In this document: positions 9,380 through 21,646 of the stretch, piece after piece
Position numbering within the stretch: the stretch's first letter is position 1
Layout: every line of letters begins with the position of its first letter
NCBI GenBank assembly: GCA_965261085.1
Contig: OZ253442.1
Coordinates: 3,008,001 to 3,072,000 of the forward strand
Length of the DNA: 64,000 nt
Reading direction: 5' to 3'
DNA from: a bacterium
GTDB taxonomy: Bacteria > UBA8248
Translations under genes and position numbers: made by a program
The notes under the pieces: generated by a model
Told to the model about the DNA's origin: nothing
Database searches by the model: none
Seen by the model: the letters and a program-made list of their open reading frames with translations, nothing else

Positions 9380-10702
9380 TTATCCGGCAAAGTGACCCAT
9401 CGCAGCGAATCCAAGTCCCATCAGCGCCGCAACGCCCAGGGTTCTCATGAGAGACTGGTGTCGCCAGAGGAGCATGATCGCGCTCACGGCGCCGACGAGC
9501 AGAACCCGCCAGTCCAGGGAATACCAGTCCGGCGCCAGGAGTTTGACCGGGCCGAATTGTCGGGACGGCAGTTCGGCGAACAGGACATGCAGACCGAACC
9601 AGATGGAGAGGTTGAGAATGACACCCACCACCGCCGCCGTAATCGCCTCCAGAGCGCCCTTCAGCCGAGGCTGGGCCGTGAGCTGCTCGATATAGGGCGC
9701 GCCGACGAATATCCACAGGAAACAGGGCGCGAACGTAACCCAGAGCGTGACCAGCGCACCGGCAATTCCCATGCTCACCCCGCCCGCCCGGTATCCTGCG
9801 ATATAGCCGACGAACTCCGTAACCAGGATCAGCGGCCCCGGGGTGGTTTCCGCCAGCCCCAGGCCATCCATCATTTCACCGGCGCTCAGCCAGCCTTTAT
9901 AGGTCACCACGTCCTGCGCCAGGTAGGCGAGCACCGCGTAGGCTCCGCCGAACGTGACCACCGCGAGGCGGGAGAAGAAATTGCCGATCTGCACCAGAAT
10001 GTCGTAGCCGCCCAGAACCATCAGCAACAGCACCGGCGTCCACCAGACAACCATCCATATCACTACCGTCCTCACCGTGCCGGACATCGAACCGCCACCC
10101 CGCCCGGTCCCGGTCTTTTCGGCGCTTTGGCCGCCCAACAGGAAAAATCCGACCAGGCCGGATAACAGGATAAGGAAGGGGTACGGGACCGACAGAAAGA
10201 AGATGGCCACGAAGGCCAGGCCGGCGATGACCCAGTGCACGGCGGAATGCAGCGCTCTCTTCGACACCTTCAGCAAAGCCTCCAGCACGATGATGAGAAC
10301 CGCACCCTTGATCCCGAGAAACAGCGCGGCCATTACCGGCAGGTGGCCCACGGCCATGTACAGCGCCGCCAGCCCGAGCACCACCAAAGCGCCCGGGACC
10401 ACGAACAAGAGGCCCGCCAGCAACCCGCCGGGCACGCCGCGCAACTGCCACCCCGCGTAGGTGGCGAGCTGCATGGCCTCGGGGCCGGGCAGCAGCATGC
10501 AGAAGCTGAGCGCGCCCAGGAACCTTGGCTCGTCGAGCCACTTTTCCTCCTCCACCAGGACACGGTGCATGAGCGCTATCTGCGCCACCGGGCCGCCAAA
10601 GGACAGGATACCGATGCGCCAGAATACGGCGAACATCCGGCGCCAAGAGATGCCTGATTCCCAATGCGCGTCGTCGCCGGCGGGGTCTGCGACACCCATC
10701 AT
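9380..10702 (-). CDS. chrA: Chromate efflux transporter (long-chain CHR)
   Basis: SFGGPVAQIA, LPGPEAMQLATY, TFGGAYAVL, AETTPGPLI; two homologous halves. Confidence 0.92.
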   Translation of the reverse strand: MMGVADPAGDDAHWESGISWRRMFAVFWRIGILSFGGPVAQIALMHRVLVEEEKWLDEPRFLGALSFCMLLPGPEAMQLATYAGWQLRGVPGGLLAGLLFVVPGALVVLGLAALYMAVGHLPVMAALFLGIKGAVLIIVLEALLKVSKRALHSAVHWVIAGLAFVAIFFLSVPYPFLILLSGLVGFFLLGGQSAEKTGTGRGGGSMSGTVRTVVIWMVVWWTPVLLLMVLGGYDILVQIGNFFSRLAVVTFGGAYAVLAYLAQDVVTYKGWLSAGEMMDGLGLAETTPGPLILVTEFVGYIAGYRAGGVSMGIAGALVTLWVTFAPCFLWIFVGAPYIEQLTAQPRLKGALEAITAAVVGVILNLSIWFGLHVLFAELPSRQFGPVKLLAPDWYSLDWRVLLVGAVSAIMLLWRHQSLMRTLGVAALMGLGFAAMGHFAG

Positions 10703-10729
10703 CGTCCTCCTTTATCGGTCGGCAATGCA

Positions 10730-12050
10730 GTTCCTTCCTCCTCGGTCGGAACTGACCTTCATCAGTCGGGTTTGACACCTTGCGGCCCCTGGCGGCGGCA
10801 TCCCTTCTGTGGGGAGTGATTGTGAAGTCCCTACTATCGAGGTCCCCGCCGGAATCCAGCGATTTCGCCTTTGTCTTTTCGCCTTACCGTTTTTTGAAAA
10901 GAGCGCCACTCTTTGTAGGGGAAGGTCGCGACCTGTCCCTATAGAAAACGAGGCAAGGACAGGCCAATGAAAACCGGGCGGACACATAGATCCGCCCCTA
11001 CAGCATAAAACCTGGATAGTTATATATCCACTCCCCCCCTTGAGGGTCAAACCCACCGATGAGGGGTTGTTGAAAAACCCCCGCAAGGGAAAAATGCCTG
11101 CGGCTCATTCGCCTCCCTGGCGCGTAATGCCTCCCTCGTCCCGAACAGGTCGCGCCTTTGGCCATTCACAAGAACGGCCCACTACAAGAGGCGGAGCAGT
11201 TTTGTTCGTCATTCCGGCAAAAGCCGGAATCCATGTGTTTTGCCTTTGTTTTTTATTTTCTGATTGATTCCCGCCAATGACGGGGAGATGAAAAGCCGGG
11301 GTATTGTCATTCCGCTCGAAAATGGATTCCGGCTTTCGCCGGAATGACGGCGGTGGTGAAATCCAACTGAGGAAGGAGGAATTCATCCGAGCGAGGAGGG
11401 CTTTTTCAACAGCCCCCTCATGGCGAAACTGCCTGCGGCGCATTCACGACCCTGGCGCGTAATACCTCCCTCATCCCGAGTAGGCGCGCTCACGCGCCGT
11501 ATCGAGGGAGAGCCGGGGCGCATCGGGAGCGCGCTCGGCAGTTCCTCCTTTTTCAGTCGGAACTGACCTTCGATACAAACGCTCCTTTCTCAGTCGCGTT
11601 TAACCTACGGCGGCTACTTAGGGTGAGGGTCGATACGGTGGCCATGCAAGACGAGGGAAACGCGCTCGCTCCCGAAACCGGGTTTTTCAACAGCCCCTAG
11701 ATGGGGAGTCGAAGAAGCCGAGCGTTTTTTGCGCGAAGGCTGATTCGGTGGGGGGTGCTTCTTATTTCGTTGTATACACTTCTTGAAAATCATACCCCCC
11801 ACCAGTTCGCTTGCGGGCTTGCGCCCTTAGCTCACTGACTCCCCCTCAAGGGGGGAGTAATTATGGGGTTCCTATTTCCAATGCACCCACTCTACATTCC
11901 GGCATACGCAGGAATGACGGTGATTTATCTCGGTCGATTATAGAGCAAGGACAGGTCGCGACCTGTCCCTACAGAAAACGAGGCAAAGGGAAAAAAAACC
12001 GGGCGGACACATACGGACTTCCCCTCCTCGGGGAAGTCCGACACCCCTAC
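10730..12050. repeat. Composite repeat cluster C (IS-like ends plus several REP families)
   Basis: MITE ends at 11063, 11416 and 11697. Second end type TCAGTCGGAACTGACCTT near 10743 and 11553. GTAG-type REPs at 10915-11001 and 11948-12050 in direct repeat. Block 11201-11350 is nearly identical to 5519-5668. Confidence 0.8.
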
Positions 12051-12089
12051 GAAAACGCAACATTCCCCCGCGCCTGTCGTCCTCGCGTA

Positions 12090-13406
12090 CTAGGCCCCCA
12101 TCTTTTTTTTGAGGAACGATTCCATGAGATACTTCACGGCGCGATCGAGCTGGGTGTCCTTTTTCTCCTCATCGGGGCTCTTCGCCGGGCCGGCTTGCGC
12201 GCCGCCCGGGGCGTCTCCTTTTGGCCCCTCTTTTTTCTCCATCTTACTGGGCAGATGACCGGGCAGGTCCTTTTCGCGCATCGCGCGCGCGATGCCGGAA
12301 TTGGTCGTTACTTCGCTGACGATGTCGGGCTCGATTCCCTCGCCCTGAATGCGCCTTCCCTTGGGCGTGAAATAAAGCGCGGTGGTCAGCCTCAGCCCCG
12401 AGCCGTCCGAGAGCGGAACCACGGTCTGCACCGAGCCTTTCCCGAACGTCTTGACGCCAACCAGCTTGGCTCTCTGTAAATCCTGGAGCGCGCCCGCCAC
12501 GATTTCAGACGCGCTGGCGCTTCCCGCGTTCACGAGCACCGCCATGGGAATCTCCCCGCCCGACGCCTCCTTCGTGGAGGTGAAGCGATGTTCCTGATTG
12601 GCCATGCGGCCCTTGGTGTAGACGATCAGGCTGCCCGCCGTAAGGAAAATGTCGGACACCGAAACCGCCTGGGAGAGAAGGCCGCCCGGATTGTTTCTCA
12701 AATCGAGCACCAGGGCCCTCGCGCCCTTATCCTCGAGCGAGGAGAGGGCTTCCTTCACCTCCCTGTTCGTGCCGCTCTGGAAGCTGCGGATGCGTATGTA
12801 GGCGATATCGTCGGGCAGCATCCGGCTTCTCACGCTCTTGACGCGGATGATCTCGCGCGTGATGGTGAACTCTATGGGTTCCTTCTCCCCTTTGCGCCTC
12901 ACCGTGATCTTCACCTTCGAGCCGGGCTTGCCCCGAAGCCTCTTGACGACTTCCTGGAGCGAAAGGTCCTTCGTCGGCTCCTTTTCGATGAGGATGATTA
13001 GATCGCCCGCCTGTACGCCGACCTTATACGCCGGGGTATCTTCGATGGGCGTCACCACGGTGAGCACGCCGTCTCGAATCGAAATCTCCACGCCCAGGCC
13101 ACCGAAGCGGCCCGTGGTTTCGACCTGCATCTCCTTGAAAAATTCGGGACTCAGGTAGGTCGTATGGGGGTCCAGCGTGCGGAGCATGCCCCGGATGGCG
13201 CCGCGAATGAGCTTCCTGGCGTCCACCTTGTTGACGTAATTCTCCTCCACCAGGCTCAGCACCTCGCTGAAGGCCCTCAGCTCCGAATACGCGCTCGTCT
13301 CGCTCGCAGACAGATTCGCAATAGGACTCACCACCATCCCCGCGACGAGCAGCGCCAAAACGCCCACCCAAATCATCCACCCGGACAAACGATATTTTTT
13401 CGACAT
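12090..13406 (-). CDS. S41 family carboxyl-terminal processing protease (CtpA/Prc-like)
   Basis: PDZ domain (FGGLGVEI), LDLRNNPGGLL, SASASEIVAGALQD, TFGKGSVQ. Confidence 0.95.
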   Translation of the reverse strand: MSKKYRLSGWMIWVGVLALLVAGMVVSPIANLSASETSAYSELRAFSEVLSLVEENYVNKVDARKLIRGAIRGMLRTLDPHTTYLSPEFFKEMQVETTGRFGGLGVEISIRDGVLTVVTPIEDTPAYKVGVQAGDLIILIEKEPTKDLSLQEVVKRLRGKPGSKVKITVRRKGEKEPIEFTITREIIRVKSVRSRMLPDDIAYIRIRSFQSGTNREVKEALSSLEDKGARALVLDLRNNPGGLLSQAVSVSDIFLTAGSLIVYTKGRMANQEHRFTSTKEASGGEIPMAVLVNAGSASASEIVAGALQDLQRAKLVGVKTFGKGSVQTVVPLSDGSGLRLTTALYFTPKGRRIQGEGIEPDIVSEVTTNSGIARAMREKDLPGHLPSKMEKKEGPKGDAPGGAQAGPAKSPDEEKKDTQLDRAVKYLMESFLKKKMGA

Positions 13407-13734
13407 CTCTCACTCCTTAGACGATGCGGCGCAAAAAAACGATTTTACTTCACGACACCCGAGAACGCCACACAAGAGCGTCGATTGGAATCGCAGGGGG
13501 GGGAATTCGGGGCCGGCGCGCACCGGGAATGGTTGAATTTCGATAAATATCGATAAATTCACGAGGTTTTTCGATAAATTCACGACGTATTTCCGTCAAT
13601 TTCCGGCTCCGCGCGGAGGCGCAACTCTCCCGCCGCCGGAAACATCGTGAGGATACACGGCCAAAGGCGGGTTCGCGCAGCGGCAAATGCGCGCATCTGC
13701 GGGCAAATGCGCGGGCCCTTTCACGAGAAACGAT

Positions 13735-15771
13735 TCACAGGATGTTTTTCGTGCGCTCCACGACCTTCTCCGCGGTGAGACCAAACTGCGAATAAATTTC
13801 TTTATAAGGAGCGCTCGCCCCAAAACGATCGATTCCAATCACAACGCCAGCCTCTCCCACCCACTCGCGCCAGCCCATGGTGGCGCCCGCCTCAATCGCC
13901 ACCCTCGCCTTCACCCCCGCCGGAAGAACGGAATCGCGATAGGAGGGAGATTGCTCCCTGAAAAGCTCCCAACTCGGCATGCTTACAACCCGGGCGTCTA
14001 TTCCATCAGTCGCCAATGCGTTTTGCGCCTCCATCGCGAGATGAACCTCCGAGCCCGTGGCTATCAAAACGGCTTGGGGCGAATCCCCTCTTTCAGGTGA
14101 GATGACATAGGCTCCCCGCGCCAGCGCATCTGCTTCGTTCTTCTCCGAACGCTCCAAGGTGGGTAAGCCCTGCCGGGTCAATACGAGCATGGTCGGACCT
14201 TCGAGACGCTCGATCGCCACTCGCCAGGCGACGGCGGTTTCGTTCGCATCGCATGGACGTATGATGGTGAGACCCGGCATGGCGCGAAGCGATGCGAGGT
14301 GCTCAATTGGTTGGTGGGTGGGACCATCCTCGCCCAAACCGATAGAATCGTGCGTCATCACATAGATGACGGGCAATTCCATCAGCGCCGCGAGGCGTAT
14401 GGCCGGGCGAGCGTAATCGGTAAACGTGAAGAACGTAGCCGTATATGGACGAACACCTCCGTGCAAGGCGATCCCCGAACTTGCAGCCCCCATGACGTGT
14501 TCTCTAATTCCCCAACAAATGTTGCGGCCGGCGTAATCTCCCCTGGCGAAATTCTCTGATTCTTCGATCAGCGAGTTGTTTGAAGCCGCCAAGTCCGCAC
14601 TCCCGCCAATAAGCCAGGGTATAGCGGAAGCGATCTTATTCAGCACCTTACCGGATGCCGCCCTCGTGGCGAGCGCCCCACCATCGACGTCGAACCGGGG
14701 AATACAACTCTCCCAGCCGGCAGGCGGCTTGCCTCCGAGCGCTTCCTGGAACTTCGCGGCCAACACTGGATTCTCCGATTTATATTTCGCAAACCGGCGA
14801 TTCCAATCTTCTTCAAGCGCGGCGCCACGGGAAACCGCCTCTCCCATGTGGGTGGACACCTCATCAGGCACGAGAAACGTCTCGCCCTCCGGCCAACCAT
14901 AGTTCTTTTTCGTGGCCTCGACTTCTTCATCCCCTAAGGGAGCGCCATGCGCGCGTGCAGTATCCTGATATCTTGGTGAGCCATACCCAATGTGCGAGCG
15001 AACGACGAGCAAAGACGGTCGCTCGGTCTCCGCCTTCGCCAGATTGAACGCACCGGAAATCCGGGATAAATCCTCCGCACTATCACCTAGATTCTGCACT
15101 TGCCAGTTGTACCCCTCAAAGCGCTTCACCACGTCATCGGAATAACTCAACGACGTTTCGCCGTCGATGGTGATGCGATTGTCGTCATAGACGCATATCA
15201 ATTTCCCAAGACCCAGATGTCCTGCCAGGGATGCCGCTTCATGGGAGGCGCCCTCCATGATATCGCCATCGCTCATGATCACGTATGTGTAGTGGTCCAC
15301 AACCGAATGGCCTGGCCGATTGAAAATGCTCGCCAGATGCGCCTCCGCCATCGCCATGCCCACCGCATTCATGAACCCCTGTCCCAGCGGGCCCGTGGTA
15401 GTCTCGACACCCGGCGTAAGCCCATATTCGGGATGCCCCGGCGTCTTGCTGCCCCACTGACGAAAGCGGATGATCTCATCGAGCGAAAGTTCATAACCGC
15501 TCAGATGGAGAACAGCATAAAGAAGCATGGAGGCATGACCACATGAGAGTACGAAACGGTCCCGGTCAAACCAGCCAGGATTTCGGGGATTGTAGCGCAG
15601 ATGGTTCATCCACAGTTCATACGCCAGTGGCGCCAGAGCCATTGGCGTACCCGGATGACCACTATTCGCCTCTTGCACCGCGTCCATCGAAAGTGTGCGT
15701 ATGGTGTGAATCGATCGTTCGGAGACCGTCATATCGGAAAACTTCTCTTTCTTTACTGAAAATTTTGTCAT
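13735..15771 (-). CDS. tkt: Transketolase
   Basis: [46 protein letters not shown]. Confidence 0.97.
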   Translation of the reverse strand: MTKFSVKKEKFSDMTVSERSIHTIRTLSMDAVQEANSGHPGTPMALAPLAYELWMNHLRYNPRNPGWFDRDRFVLSCGHASMLLYAVLHLSGYELSLDEIIRFRQWGSKTPGHPEYGLTPGVETTTGPLGQGFMNAVGMAMAEAHLASIFNRPGHSVVDHYTYVIMSDGDIMEGASHEAASLAGHLGLGKLICVYDDNRITIDGETSLSYSDDVVKRFEGYNWQVQNLGDSAEDLSRISGAFNLAKAETERPSLLVVRSHIGYGSPRYQDTARAHGAPLGDEEVEATKKNYGWPEGETFLVPDEVSTHMGEAVSRGAALEEDWNRRFAKYKSENPVLAAKFQEALGGKPPAGWESCIPRFDVDGGALATRAASGKVLNKIASAIPWLIGGSADLAASNNSLIEESENFARGDYAGRNICWGIREHVMGAASSGIALHGGVRPYTATFFTFTDYARPAIRLAALMELPVIYVMTHDSIGLGEDGPTHQPIEHLASLRAMPGLTIIRPCDANETAVAWRVAIERLEGPTMLVLTRQGLPTLERSEKNEADALARGAYVISPERGDSPQAVLIATGSEVHLAMEAQNALATDGIDARVVSMPSWELFREQSPSYRDSVLPAGVKARVAIEAGATMGWREWVGEAGVVIGIDRFGASAPYKEIYSQFGLTAEKVVERTKNIL

Positions 15772-15883
15772 GCCAAATATGCTCGCTTACTGGGTGAACA
15801 AACTAAAAGAACCGGATCATGCGCATCATCCAGCATTCACATCCCGATACCTCAAGTAATCCATTCAATATACACGGATTGGG

Positions 15884-17071
15884 TTATACTTTCGCTTTGC
15901 GGCGCTGCAACGTTTCAAACCAACCTTCCAGAGTTTCCACAACTCTCTGGTCGGCAAGAGGGATAACCAGTTTCGACCGGTCTTTATCTTTTTCCGCGTC
16001 ATGACGCAACAGCGATGCGGCTGATTCTTCTACGTTTTGCTCAAGAACCGAAATTTTTTCCAATATCCATGGGGTGCTCTGCCCCATGACTTGCGCCTTT
16101 CGACACATATCCAGCGCTTGGGCGTCGTTTTCCTCTTCGACGTAGAGTTCAATCATCTTCCGGAGAACGGAGTCGACGACTTTTTCATCAACATCATCTT
16201 CTTCTCCTGGGTCGACACTGAACTCCCCCCTCTCATTCTCGGCTTCGGATACTTTATCCGTAGGGCTTGAGCCATCGTCTAAGTCTTCAAATGCGGCTGC
16301 AGACGTCTTGGCGCCACCTTCGTGTGTTTCCATTTTTTCGGGCGCGAAATCACCGGTCTTTGTTTCAGGGTACGCCTCTTGCTCACCTATTACTTCCCCT
16401 GCTATCAAATCAAGAGTCTCTTCCATTCCGCGGTAACCCCTAGAAGCATCAACATCCTCACCCTGCGATATTTGCTCTCGGATAGCAGTTAATCTCTCAT
16501 TCCATTCGACTTTAGCGGGATCAGACTCCAAAAGACGCGCATAGATGTCTCGCGCCTTACCCAGATGGCCCTGAGCCATATAAAGTTCAGCGAGAGCCGG
16601 TGTGGCCATTGTGTCCAATTTACCTTCAGGAGCAACCACTGGCGCACTATCAACACCGGAATCGGTCATCGTGCTCAGGGTCGCTACTTCATCGGCCTCA
16701 AACATATTGACTACCCTTAGCGCGACTTGCGTAGCCTCCTCATCACCCTTTCTCCGATTGCACTCGACCAAAAGGCGCTGGCCCGAAATATTCCAAGGAG
16801 CGATTTCAAGCGCTTTTCCAATAAAGCGGGCTGCTTGTTCATGTTCATCTTTCGAGATGAGGATTTCTCCAAGCAGAACACCTGCGGCTGCATAGTTGGG
16901 ATAGGTTGCAAGTCCACTTCTCAGGAGATTTTCAGCATGGTCTGCTTCGCCTTTTTCCCATAAGAGGGATGCCAAAGGGAAAAAAGCAGCCGAGGAGGGG
17001 TATTGCTGCAAACGTCCTTCTAAAGCTTTGATTCGGGCTTCTGGATTACTTAAGCGACGTATCATTGACAT
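15884..17071 (-). CDS. TPR-repeat protein with acidic linker
   Basis: TPR-like N-terminus, TPALAELYMAQGH motif. Confidence 0.7.
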   Translation of the reverse strand: MSMIRRLSNPEARIKALEGRLQQYPSSAAFFPLASLLWEKGEADHAENLLRSGLATYPNYAAAGVLLGEILISKDEHEQAARFIGKALEIAPWNISGQRLLVECNRRKGDEEATQVALRVVNMFEADEVATLSTMTDSGVDSAPVVAPEGKLDTMATPALAELYMAQGHLGKARDIYARLLESDPAKVEWNERLTAIREQISQGEDVDASRGYRGMEETLDLIAGEVIGEQEAYPETKTGDFAPEKMETHEGGAKTSAAAFEDLDDGSSPTDKVSEAENERGEFSVDPGEEDDVDEKVVDSVLRKMIELYVEEENDAQALDMCRKAQVMGQSTPWILEKISVLEQNVEESAASLLRHDAEKDKDRSKLVIPLADQRVVETLEGWFETLQRRKAKV

Positions 17072-17207
17072 CTAGTTCTCGGTGGGGAAACAAGGGCGCA
17101 TAATCATGTAAGGACAAATGCTAGCAAAGGGGGCCCTGTTCTGACAAGAGCGCATCTCTCCCACTATCATCCAAGCTCTTGTCTAAGCATGAGTTAGGGA
17201 TTCTGGT

Positions 17208-17642
17208 CTATTGTTCTGAATCGACGACGGCCAAGGCATTCACTTCGATGAGGCAGCGCGGATCCGTAGCCAGTTGAACCACCTGAACAGTGGTAGTAGT
17301 TGGTTTGTTGTCTCCAAAATACTCCGCCCATACTTGATTCAAAGAATTTTGCTCAGCCAAGTCAGTTACAAATCTGTTGGCGGAAACGACATCGCCAAAA
17401 TCACCGCCCACCGCCTCAAGACTTTTCTTCAAGTTCTCCAGCGCTGCCCTGGTCTGTCCCTCCATATCTCGGGGCATGGCATCAAACTCTTCCGGCCGAT
17501 GCGGGTGGTGATGATAGACGGGTGCCGCGGTTACCCCAGCCAGAAATACGAGGCTACCTCCTGTGATCTTGATGGCCGGCGCATAAGGCATCCACAGATC
17601 AGGAGCGTCCGGCCAATGAAGATGATCTACTTTTTTGTCCAT
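17208..17642 (-). CDS. RidA/YjgF family protein
   Basis: VFLAGVT, QTRAALENL, LIEVNALA. Confidence 0.85.
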   Translation of the reverse strand: MDKKVDHLHWPDAPDLWMPYAPAIKITGGSLVFLAGVTAAPVYHHHPHRPEEFDAMPRDMEGQTRAALENLKKSLEAVGGDFGDVVSANRFVTDLAEQNSLNQVWAEYFGDNKPTTTTVQVVQLATDPRCLIEVNALAVVDSEQ

Positions 17643-17948
17643 TTCGATTTCCTTTCATATATCAAACAACCCAAACCCAAAAATTTTCGTCCAGCCCTGA
17701 AAACACTCCAAAATTTTCGAGCAATTCAAGTGAATTGTTAGAACAAAGAAATTTCTGATCAACATTTTGCACATTCAATTTCACATCATATCATCAGCGT
17801 ACAGGGCGATACCCCACAACGTTCAATAATTCCGGCATTCCATGCCACGACTAGAAACCCCAAATCTTTTGAATGTATTTACCCTCATCACAATCTATTC
17901 GATAATCATCAGCAGTACTTTTCTTCTCCGCATGCAAAAGGATACCCC

Positions 17949-18713
17949 GTGCCTACAAAACTACTGGTAAATAAGCGTGTCATCATCACAGGAGCATCAA
18001 CCGGCATCGGAGCCGCTATCGCCCACGAATACGCCAAAGCAGGAACTCACATATGGGGCGCAGGAGGCAGCGATCTGCAAGGGCTGCGAAGCACCATCAA
18101 TGCGTGTAAAAACCTTGGCGTAAACGCCGATGGAAAATGTTATGATTTATCTAAAGCCCGGATCACCGTTCAACTAATTCGTGATGGCGTCGAATTTCTG
18201 GGTGGGCTTGATATTTTGGTCTTTTGCGCGGGCACACGCGCCTTCAAACCCATTGTCGATATCACGGATGATGAAGTAGACCTCTTATTCGAAGTAAATG
18301 CAAAAGCTGCCTATATCGCATCCCGTGAAGCGGCAAAGGTAATGATTCCTCAGAAAAGCGGTTCTATTCTGATGATAGGCTCATCTGCCGGCCATCGAGG
18401 CAGAGCCGATACCAGTCTTTATTCGGTAACCAAGTCTGTGCTTCACCATCTCACGAAATGTCTGGCTCTAGAGTTAGGACCTCTGGGAATCCGCGTGAAC
18501 TGCCTGGCACCGGGCCTGGTTGCAAGCCCGCGCGTAAAGGCGAGGCTCGATGCAAAGCCTGAATATCTTCAGTCCAGACTAGAGGGCATTCCACTGCATC
18601 AACTTGGCACGGTTGGAAATATGGCGGCCACCGCACTATTTCTAGTCTCACCTGAAAATGAATTCATGAATGGCTCGATTGTGCTTTCAGATGGCGGCGT
18701 CACTGCAGGGTAG
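17949..18713 (+). CDS. SDR family oxidoreductase
   Basis: TGASTGIG, YSVTK, RVNCLAPG. Confidence 0.9.
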   Translation: MPTKLLVNKRVIITGASTGIGAAIAHEYAKAGTHIWGAGGSDLQGLRSTINACKNLGVNADGKCYDLSKARITVQLIRDGVEFLGGLDILVFCAGTRAFKPIVDITDDEVDLLFEVNAKAAYIASREAAKVMIPQKSGSILMIGSSAGHRGRADTSLYSVTKSVLHHLTKCLALELGPLGIRVNCLAPGLVASPRVKARLDAKPEYLQSRLEGIPLHQLGTVGNMAATALFLVSPENEFMNGSIVLSDGGVTAG

Positions 18714-18718
18714 AAACC

Positions 18719-20074
18719 ATGAACGATGTGATGATGAGAATTTCAAGAAAGAAATTTTATTTTCTTATGGCTTTAGTCTGCGTCTTCACTTTCTATCCGC
18801 ATGAAAATATCGCTGAAAGTGCAAAAACTCTCGTCACCCACCAAACATTCACCGCCTTAGTATCAAGCAGAACGAAGTGGTTATTGACAGCACCTACCGA
18901 AAAAGGCTCCTCCAAGACACACTCTACCCTGCTGGCCTTTACCATGGATGGCGATTTTCATCCCATCACCTTCAAGAAAATAGACGGAATATTTCGTGTG
19001 CAAGTGCAAGACCACCCCACCCCCTCCGACCTAGCTGCGAATGTTCCACCCACACAGTTACCAGATGGGAGTTTCGTCGGCGCAGGAAAAAGCGGAATGT
19101 TCATCAATGTCGACACTATCGATCGACGTTGGTTGTTCGTCTGGCCCAGCATTCGCCCTTCAATCCTATCGAAACCTGCCGTATTGGACCGAGGTAATGT
19201 AGCGATGGTCGGTGTGGATGGCTCCATACTTTTATTCCGCAAAATAGAAGGCAAATGGCTCCAAACTCAACTCATTAAAGCGAAAATTGCAAGAGCATTG
19301 CCAGATGCCGCCTTAACGACGGCTGATCTGGACGGAGATGGGCAAAAAGAACTCATCGTGCCAGCTGTACCATCAAAACGTTATGGGCATGCCGTGCTCG
19401 GCGACGATATCGAGCCCACAGAAATTCACGCATATCAATTCAAGAAAAAATCTCTCGAACTCATGGCCACATACACTGCAGGCAAAAATGGTGTTTTCGA
19501 AGCCATTGGCGCCCTCACCTCGGACTTGGACAAGGACGGGAAACAGGAAATCCTCGTCACTAGAAGCAACTACGACAGTGGGGCGACTCATCTCGTTTTA
19601 GGTATGAGAAACAACAAACTCGTCCTCAAAGCCCAAGGTGACGCTATCGGGGTGGGAAATCGCTGGTCGCATCTATTGGGCGCATTTAACATCGATGGCA
19701 GCGCCCCTAAAGTCCTAGCCGTTGAAACACCACATCTAGCAGGCTTTTTGCTGGCGCTGCGGCTTCATGGCAAACGACTCCGCGAGCGAGCTCGCATGGC
19801 TGGTTTCACTACGCATACAGTTGGCTCTCGAAACCTTTGGGAATTCACCTTGTTAAGACGTCGAGGCGTTGTGGAAGTCGTGATGCAAGAAGTCGGCCGG
19901 CAGCATTTGAGTGGGCTCTCACTCTTCGGAAATCGCTGGCACTTCCAATGGTCGCGACCTATACCCTCACCCGTTCACTCCAACATACTTACAGCAGATT
20001 TCAACCAAGACGCGAAAGACGACATCGCTTTCGTCGATCAATCCGGCCTCGTGCACATTTATTTATCCAAATAA
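18719..20074 (+). CDS. Secreted FG-GAP/VCBS repeat protein
   Basis: Signal-like N-terminus; repeats ADLDGDGQKE, DLDKDGKQE, ADFNQDAKDD; YGHAVLGDDIE. Confidence 0.75.
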   Translation: MNDVMMRISRKKFYFLMALVCVFTFYPHENIAESAKTLVTHQTFTALVSSRTKWLLTAPTEKGSSKTHSTLLAFTMDGDFHPITFKKIDGIFRVQVQDHPTPSDLAANVPPTQLPDGSFVGAGKSGMFINVDTIDRRWLFVWPSIRPSILSKPAVLDRGNVAMVGVDGSILLFRKIEGKWLQTQLIKAKIARALPDAALTTADLDGDGQKELIVPAVPSKRYGHAVLGDDIEPTEIHAYQFKKKSLELMATYTAGKNGVFEAIGALTSDLDKDGKQEILVTRSNYDSGATHLVLGMRNNKLVLKAQGDAIGVGNRWSHLLGAFNIDGSAPKVLAVETPHLAGFLLALRLHGKRLRERARMAGFTTHTVGSRNLWEFTLLRRRGVVEVVMQEVGRQHLSGLSLFGNRWHFQWSRPIPSPVHSNILTADFNQDAKDDIAFVDQSGLVHIYLSK

Positions 20075-20173
20075 ATCCTCATCGATACAATTCGAATACG
20101 GGAATCGATTTGAGCAACGTGACGTCCTCAAACAATCCAATTTAGAATGGCGCACGGCACTCTATTTATTTCC

Positions 20174-21472
<1,299 letters not shown>

Positions 21473-21646
21473 CTAAAACCATCTTCATGGCCGGTCCTTT
21501 AAGGTCGCCTAGGGTAGCCCATCTTGAGTGAAGGATAAAAGGTGGGAAAGAACTTTTGTGCTCCCATTTCATTGATCTTTGAACCATCAAATGATATCGC
21601 AATAGAAACTCTATTTGTTCCCAAAAATCAAAAGGAAAGTTGAGGG

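Noticed and set aside
17093-17120. dif site (AGGGCGCATAA resembles the XerC arm)
   Set aside because: No TTATGTTAAAT-like XerD arm at 6-bp spacing.
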